Origin: Acutalibacteraceae bacterium | Lineage (GTDB): Bacteria; Bacillota; Clostridia; Oscillospirales; Acutalibacteraceae | Length of the DNA: 64,000 nt | Direction: 5' to 3' | Assembly: GCA_045578985.1 (NCBI GenBank) | Contig: JAZNLH010000040.1 | Span: 990-64,989, forward strand | Shown here: piece after piece, positions 59,194-64,000 of the stretch | How positions within the stretch are numbered: position 1 is the first letter of the stretch | How the letters are laid out: each line of letters opens with the position of its first letter | Notes under the pieces: generated by a model | The model's database searches: none | What the model was told of the DNA's origin: nothing | What the model saw: only the letters and a program-made list of their open reading frames with translations | Made by a program: the position numbers and the translations under genes

Positions 59194-60348
59194 TTATACT
59201 TTTCTCACTCTGATAACATCTTCACTATTATTAAGTGTGTTAATGACCGTTTCAGGAATACTTTCAGCAGCAATAAGTGTGTAAGCAAAATCACCCTTTG
59301 CCTTGGATGCAAAACCTGTTGTTTCTACACCGTTTTTCATAAACGCACCAAGAATATCATTTACTGCTGTAAGCACATTATGATGAATAACAGCCACTCT
59401 TTCACCCTCTGCAGAAAGTTCAACATTGGGGAAATTAACCGAGTTTTTAATATTACCTTTTTCAAGGTATTCACGAATTTCAACCGCTGCCATATAAGCA
59501 CAGTTCTCTTCACTTTCGGGAGTTGATGCACCAAGGTGAGGAAGCGCAGTAACATTCGGGAGACCGATTACTTCGTCTGATGGGAAGTCGGTAACATAAG
59601 CGGCAACTTTACCTGACGCAATAGCCGCAGCCATATCTGCACCCACAACAAGTTCACCACGTGCGAAGTTAAGAATTCTTACACCGTCTTTCATCTTGCC
59701 GATAGTTTCTGCATTTATCATACCCTTGGTTGAAGCAACACAAGGAAGGTGGAGTGTGATGTAATCAGCTTTTTCATAAACCGCCTCAAGTGAATCTACA
59801 TACTCTGTGTCAGCCGGAAGGTCGCCTTTGAATTCTTCGTTGAAATAAGGGTCATAGCCCACAATTTTCATACCAAGAGCATTTGCTGCAACAGCTACCA
59901 TTCTGCCGATAGCACCAAGACCAATAACACCTAATGTTTTACCGAGAATTTCAGGACCCGCAAACTGTGATTTACCTTTTTCAACGAGTTTGCCTACATT
60001 ATCACCCTCGCCTTTAAGTGTTTTACACCAGTCATAAGCAGCAGAAACACGTCTTGAAGCAAGCATAAGTCCGCCAATAACAAGTTCCTTAACTGCGTTA
60101 GCATTAGCGCCCGGAGTATTGAAAACTACGATACCTTTCTTTGTACACTCGTCAACAGGAATATTATTAACGCCCGCACCTGCTCTTGCAACTGCTACGG
60201 TTTTTTCTGAAAAATCGTACTCGTGCATCGCTGCAGAACGAACAATAATACCATCAGGACATTCACAACTGTCCGTAACAGTATATTTATCATCGAGTTC
60301 TTTAAGACCTATCTGAGAAATCTTGTTTAATGTGAGAATTTCAAACAT
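59194..60348 (-). CDS. serA: D-3-phosphoglycerate dehydrogenase (with a C-terminal ACT-like domain)
   Basis: NAD-binding GVIGLGAIGRMVA and the 2-hydroxyacid dehydrogenase catalytic region. It is adjacent to serC. Confidence 0.85.
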   Translation of the reverse strand: MFEILTLNKISQIGLKELDDKYTVTDSCECPDGIIVRSAAMHEYDFSEKTVAVARAGAGVNNIPVDECTKKGIVVFNTPGANANAVKELVIGGLMLASRRVSAAYDWCKTLKGEGDNVGKLVEKGKSQFAGPEILGKTLGVIGLGAIGRMVAVAANALGMKIVGYDPYFNEEFKGDLPADTEYVDSLEAVYEKADYITLHLPCVASTKGMINAETIGKMKDGVRILNFARGELVVGADMAAAIASGKVAAYVTDFPSDEVIGLPNVTALPHLGASTPESEENCAYMAAVEIREYLEKGNIKNSVNFPNVELSAEGERVAVIHHNVLTAVNDILGAFMKNGVETTGFASKAKGDFAYTLIAAESIPETVINTLNNSEDVIRVRKV

Positions 60349-60362
60349 TACATATCTTCCTT

Positions 60363-61445
60363 TCAGGAATTTTCTTCTTCGAATTTCGCCATGAATTCTA
60401 CGAGTCTTTCAACACCTTCAATAGGCATTGCATTATATATAGAAGCTCTCATACCGCCAACGCTTCTATGACCTTTAAGGTTAACGAAACCTGCTGCCTC
60501 AGCTTCTTTAACAAACTTTGCATTAAGTTCATCGCTGTCTGTTACAAAAGGTACGTTCATAAGTGAACGGTCTTCCGGAACAACAGTACCACGGAACATC
60601 TTGCTGTTATCGAGGAAATCATAAAGAATTTTTGCTTTTTTACGATTGCGCTCAGCCATTGCTTCAAGTCCGCCAAGTGACTTAATCCACTCAAGCACAA
60701 GCTTACAGATGTAAATTGTATAGCAAGGAGGAGTGTTGGAAAGTGAACCTGCATCTGCGTGAACTTTGTAATCAAGCATTGTGGGAGTATAATCACGTGC
60801 ATTACCAAGGATATCTTCACGTACAATTACAATTGTAAGACCTGCAGGAGCTATATTCTTTTGAGCGCCACCGTAAACCATAGCAAATTTTGTAACATCA
60901 AGGGGTTCAGAAAGGAAACAACTTGAAATATCTGCAATAAGAGGAACATCACCTGTGTCGGGAAGTTCGTGGTAAACAGTACCGTAAATTGTGTTGTTCA
61001 TACAAATATATGCATAATCCGCATCCTGACGGAAATCTTCGCGTGTTGTTTTGGGAATATATGAGAAAGTCTTGTCTGCGGAAGATGCAACTGCAACTGC
61101 ATCACCGTATTTTTTAGCTTCAGTGAAAGCTTTCTTTGCCCACTGACCTGTAAGAATGTAGTCAGCTTTACCGGATTTATTCATAAAGTTCATAGGGATA
61201 GCTGCAAACTGTGTTGTTGCGCCACCCTGAAGGAAAAGAACCTTGTAATTATCCGGAATATTCATAAGTTCTCTTAAAAGAGATTCAGCGGACTGTATGA
61301 TGCTTTCAAATACTTTGGAGCGGTGGGACATCTCCATAACAGACTGACCGCAACCCTCATAATCGAGCATTTCGGCTGCCGCTTTTTTCAATACTTCTTC
61401 GGGAAGCATAGATGGACCTGCAGAAAAATTGTATACTCTACTCAT
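60363..61445 (-). CDS. serC: Phosphoserine aminotransferase
   Basis: YNFSAGPSMLPEEVL N-terminus and the PLP-Lys region GGAQKNIAPAG. Confidence 0.92.
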   Translation of the reverse strand: MSRVYNFSAGPSMLPEEVLKKAAAEMLDYEGCGQSVMEMSHRSKVFESIIQSAESLLRELMNIPDNYKVLFLQGGATTQFAAIPMNFMNKSGKADYILTGQWAKKAFTEAKKYGDAVAVASSADKTFSYIPKTTREDFRQDADYAYICMNNTIYGTVYHELPDTGDVPLIADISSCFLSEPLDVTKFAMVYGGAQKNIAPAGLTIVIVREDILGNARDYTPTMLDYKVHADAGSLSNTPPCYTIYICKLVLEWIKSLGGLEAMAERNRKKAKILYDFLDNSKMFRGTVVPEDRSLMNVPFVTDSDELNAKFVKEAEAAGFVNLKGHRSVGGMRASIYNAMPIEGVERLVEFMAKFEEENS

Positions 61446-61649
61446 ACCATAAAACTCCTTTTTAACAAATGTTTAAAATTATTTATGTTAATTATATTAT
61501 TGTAAAAAATATTTTTCAAGTAAAAAAACAATCTTCTTTGTATTCAACAAAAATCTATGGAAAATATGTTTTTTTTAGTATTTTATTTCCTAAAAATTTA
61601 TCATATTTTCTCCGAACCCTACATTATATTATTTTTTTGGAAAATTGAT

Positions 61650-61691
61650 ACTCCAAAACAAAAAGAAACCGACCGTGTTATCCACGGTCGG
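61650..61691 (-). terminator. Intrinsic terminator of hpf
   Basis: On the minus strand: CCGACCGTG-GATAA-CACGGTCGG followed by TTTCTTTTTGTTTTGG. Confidence 0.8.
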
Positions 61692-61728
61692 CATCTTTTA
61701 ACAGGAGCATAAAATATCCAATAATTCA

Positions 61729-62253
61729 TTATTTATCGGTATCCGGAGCAATAAGTCCGTAACCGGTTGCGTTGCGTCTGTACACAACATTTATTTCATC
61801 TGTTTCTGCATTAAGAAACATATAAAACTGATGACCTAAAAGATTCATCTGAAGAATGGCTTCTTCTACATTTTGAGGTTTAAGAGCTACTGTTTTTTCC
61901 CTTATAACATCAAACTCAGTTTCTTCTTCAACAGGATCGATAAAATCATCAAGAACAGCTGAATGAAGTTTTTTATCGAGTCTTGTTTTGTTCTTGCGAA
62001 TCTGTCTGATAAGGGAATCAACACACGCATCAAGGGCATCTTCCATATTTTCCGCGCTTTCTTCTGCACGGAAAATCATCCCACTTTTGGTCACAGTCAC
62101 CTCCACAATATGGCAAGTTTTTTCAACAGTTGCGGTTACCTTTGCTGAAGCTTCTTCACCGAAAAGCTTCTCAACTTTGCCGAGACGCTTTTCTGCACGT
62201 TGACGGAAGTCTTCACGAGGGTTGCATTTGCGGCCAACAATAGTAATGTTCAT
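61729..62253 (-). CDS. hpf: Ribosome hibernation promoting factor (long HPF)
   Basis: MNITIVGR... S30AE-family N-domain plus the C-terminal dimerisation domain (FYMFLNAETDEINVVYRR). Confidence 0.9.
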   Translation of the reverse strand: MNITIVGRKCNPREDFRQRAEKRLGKVEKLFGEEASAKVTATVEKTCHIVEVTVTKSGMIFRAEESAENMEDALDACVDSLIRQIRKNKTRLDKKLHSAVLDDFIDPVEEETEFDVIREKTVALKPQNVEEAILQMNLLGHQFYMFLNAETDEINVVYRRNATGYGLIAPDTDK

Positions 62254-62430
62254 AAAAACATCCCTTTCTGTGGTTTATTCTCTTTTCAATAAAATTTTAA
62301 CATTCCAATATCATAATGTCAATACTTTTTATGCATATTCACTATTTTTTTACATTTACACAACTTTTTATTGATAGTATTAGTCAAAAACAACAACTGA
62401 TCCGGTACATAACCGAATCAGTTGCATAAA

Positions 62431-62673
62431 TCAAGAAATCACTTCATACATATTGGCGGCTTCATCTTTTTTGGCATATTCATTAACAGATAAAACCTTG
62501 TATTTTGTAAGATTTTGCCCCATCTGAATTGCTATAATGTCGCCCGTTTTTACTTCGTAAGAGGCTCGTGCAATTTTACCGTTAACCTCAACATGTTTAG
62601 CATCGCAAACCTCATTGGCAACAGTGCGCCTTTTAATTATTCGTGATACTTTTAAATATTTATCTAATCGCAT
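62431..62673 (-). CDS. Small S4-domain RNA-binding protein (YabO/Hsp15/RqcP-like)
   Basis: The start was moved to the ATG at 62673, which has a GGAG SD. MRLDKYLKVSRIIKRR. Confidence 0.8.
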   Translation of the reverse strand: MRLDKYLKVSRIIKRRTVANEVCDAKHVEVNGKIARASYEVKTGDIIAIQMGQNLTKYKVLSVNEYAKKDEAANMYEVIS

Positions 62674-62749
62674 AACATTACTCCTATAAAATTTTAGTAT
62701 TAAAATCACGTGAGTTTGGCGAGTAAACGGTGAAAGATGCGTGACGAAC

Positions 62750-63361
62750 TTAATTTCTTGAGCCTGACCAGAATAAATGGTCCTTTACCAAAACAGCTCT
62801 GCACGGCGCTGCTTCAACGCCTGAAATTTTAAGAGGTTGAGCCATAAGGAAATACCTTCCGGGTTCCACTTGGGAAAGATCAAGCCCCTCAATAATAGGA
62901 ATACCCGCTGAAAGAATCGCTCTGTGAATAACCTGGTTTGCACCATGGTTACCTATTGAAGGCGCATCAATCCCGACAACTTTAACTCCGGAATCTACAA
63001 TATAATATGCGCTACTTTCCATAAGATATGAAAGTCCGTTCCCTTTAATTAAAAGCCTTTCACAACCTTGCCACGGAAAATGTTCTTCAGCATACGCACC
63101 GGTTATGGGTCCGGGCGGTGCATCAACAACAACGCATTCGCCAATGAACAAATCCGGTGAGAATTTATCAATAGTTTCCCCACCCTCAATAAAATGCAAT
63201 GGGGCATCCACATGTGTGGCGGTATGTAGACAGGTATACACTGAATTTAGGTTACAGTGATCACCCGCTCTAAGACTTTGAATAGGATCTACATACCCTT
63301 CCGGGTCACCCGGATAAACCGGAGTTTTAAGTAAATCTTTGGAAATATCTATAATCTCCAT
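62750..63361 (-). CDS. Cyclase-family protein (kynurenine formamidase-like metal hydrolase)
   Basis: The HxxTHxDxPxH motif is present as HTATHVDAPLH. Confidence 0.75.
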   Translation of the reverse strand: MEIIDISKDLLKTPVYPGDPEGYVDPIQSLRAGDHCNLNSVYTCLHTATHVDAPLHFIEGGETIDKFSPDLFIGECVVVDAPPGPITGAYAEEHFPWQGCERLLIKGNGLSYLMESSAYYIVDSGVKVVGIDAPSIGNHGANQVIHRAILSAGIPIIEGLDLSQVEPGRYFLMAQPLKISGVEAAPCRAVLVKDHLFWSGSRN

Positions 63362-63373
63362 AAAAACACCCTA

Positions 63374-64000
63374 TTATTTTAAAAGATTATTAATGTCCAC
63401 CTGTGTAAGTGATGAGAAATCAGCGTTTCCGAAAGCAGAAACTGCCTGATTCATATAAGCTCTTTCAAAACCTTCGCCAAATGCATCGAGTAACACCTCT
63501 GTTTGTGTTCCGTCTTCCATACATTTAAGCATAACTTTACCTGTTTCAAGTTCGTTATCACCTATAACTACAGTAAACTCGGAGTTGATTTTATTAGCAT
63601 ACTTCATCTGTGCTTTTATTGATCTTCCTACAGTATCAATATTTACGCTATAACCTTCTGCTCTGAGTTCTGCTGAAAGTTCAAGAGCTTTAAGGAGTGC
63701 ATTTTCACCGGCACTAACAATTGAAAGATTGCATTTAGGAGCTTCAGGGAACGGTATTCCACTTTCCTCCATTGCAATAAGAAGTCTTTCAAGACCCATT
63801 GCAAAACCGCAAGCCGGCATTGCTGCACCGCCCAATTCTTCAATAAGCCCGTCGTAACGTCCACCGCCGCCAAGAACAAGTCCTTTTGTTTTCTCATCAA
63901 GAGAAACAAACTCAAAAACAGTTCTTGTATAATAATCAAGACCGCGTACAATCTGAGGATTAACTGTATAAGAAATACCTAAAACTTCAAGATATTTCTT
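63374..64000 (-). CDS. hisS: Histidine--tRNA ligase, C-terminal ~208 codons (continues past the right edge)
   Basis: The frame is open to the window end. It contains GGGRYDGL and motif 3 (PACGFAMGLERL), followed by the anticodon-binding domain. Confidence 0.9.
   Translation of the reverse strand, partial: KKYLEVLGISYTVNPQIVRGLDYYTRTVFEFVSLDEKTKGLVLGGGGRYDGLIEELGGAAMPACGFAMGLERLLIAMEESGIPFPEAPKCNLSIVSAGENALLKALELSAELRAEGYSVNIDTVGRSIKAQMKYANKINSEFTVVIGDNELETGKVMLKCMEDGTQTEVLLDAFGEGFERAYMNQAVSAFGNADFSSLTQVDINNLLK

Noticed and set aside
61446-61728. T-box or other leader upstream of serC-serA
   Set aside because: The region is extremely AT-rich, with no specifier/antiterminator architecture or T-box sequence (…GGUGGNACCGCG…).
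62254-62430. raiA-motif RNA upstream of hpf
   Set aside because: The spacer is short, AT-rich and unstructured, with no GC-rich conserved stems.

Overview
Low-GC (about 40%) Firmicutes/Clostridia chromosome segment. The taxon call rests on spoIIR, yabP-yabQ-divIC-S1, ypeB, CIRCE-hrcA-grpE-dnaK-dnaJ and rplU-prp-rpmA. Cohesin/dockerin-like modules suggest a Ruminococcus-like organism, but that is inference. From about 17.3 kb to 64 kb the content is ordinary core: xpt plus a BMP-type nucleoside ABC transporter, plsC, nifS-thiI, cinA, sortase B, galE, a GH13 enzyme, cell-wall enzymes, ispE, serA-serC, hpf and a partial hisS. The unusual part is 5.4-17.3 kb on the minus strand. It holds an operon-like set of three secreted proteins: a 1803-aa giant with a C-terminal dockerin-like module, a 369-aa cohesin-like plus double dockerin-like protein, and a 370-aa cohesin-like protein. 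This set ends in two unannotated small ORFs (55 and 34 aa). The two peptides share a leader-like N-half and have unrelated C-halves, which is RiPP-precursor-like, but no maturase is visible. Downstream lies a DUF559 endonuclease-fold gene bracketed by inverted copies of a structured ~103-bp repeat that is amplified to four head-to-tail copies. Next comes an orphan HPr-kinase-like P-loop gene and an LCP gene. The giant gene has a ~600-nt GC-enriched leader behind a good sigma-A-type promoter. A purine-rich/CU-rich inverted-repeat element is shared by the two long intergenic leaders, and a ~0.9-kb gene desert follows. I found no rRNA, tRNA, CRISPR array, transposase or integrase. All functional calls come from motif recognition by eye; no database search was run.
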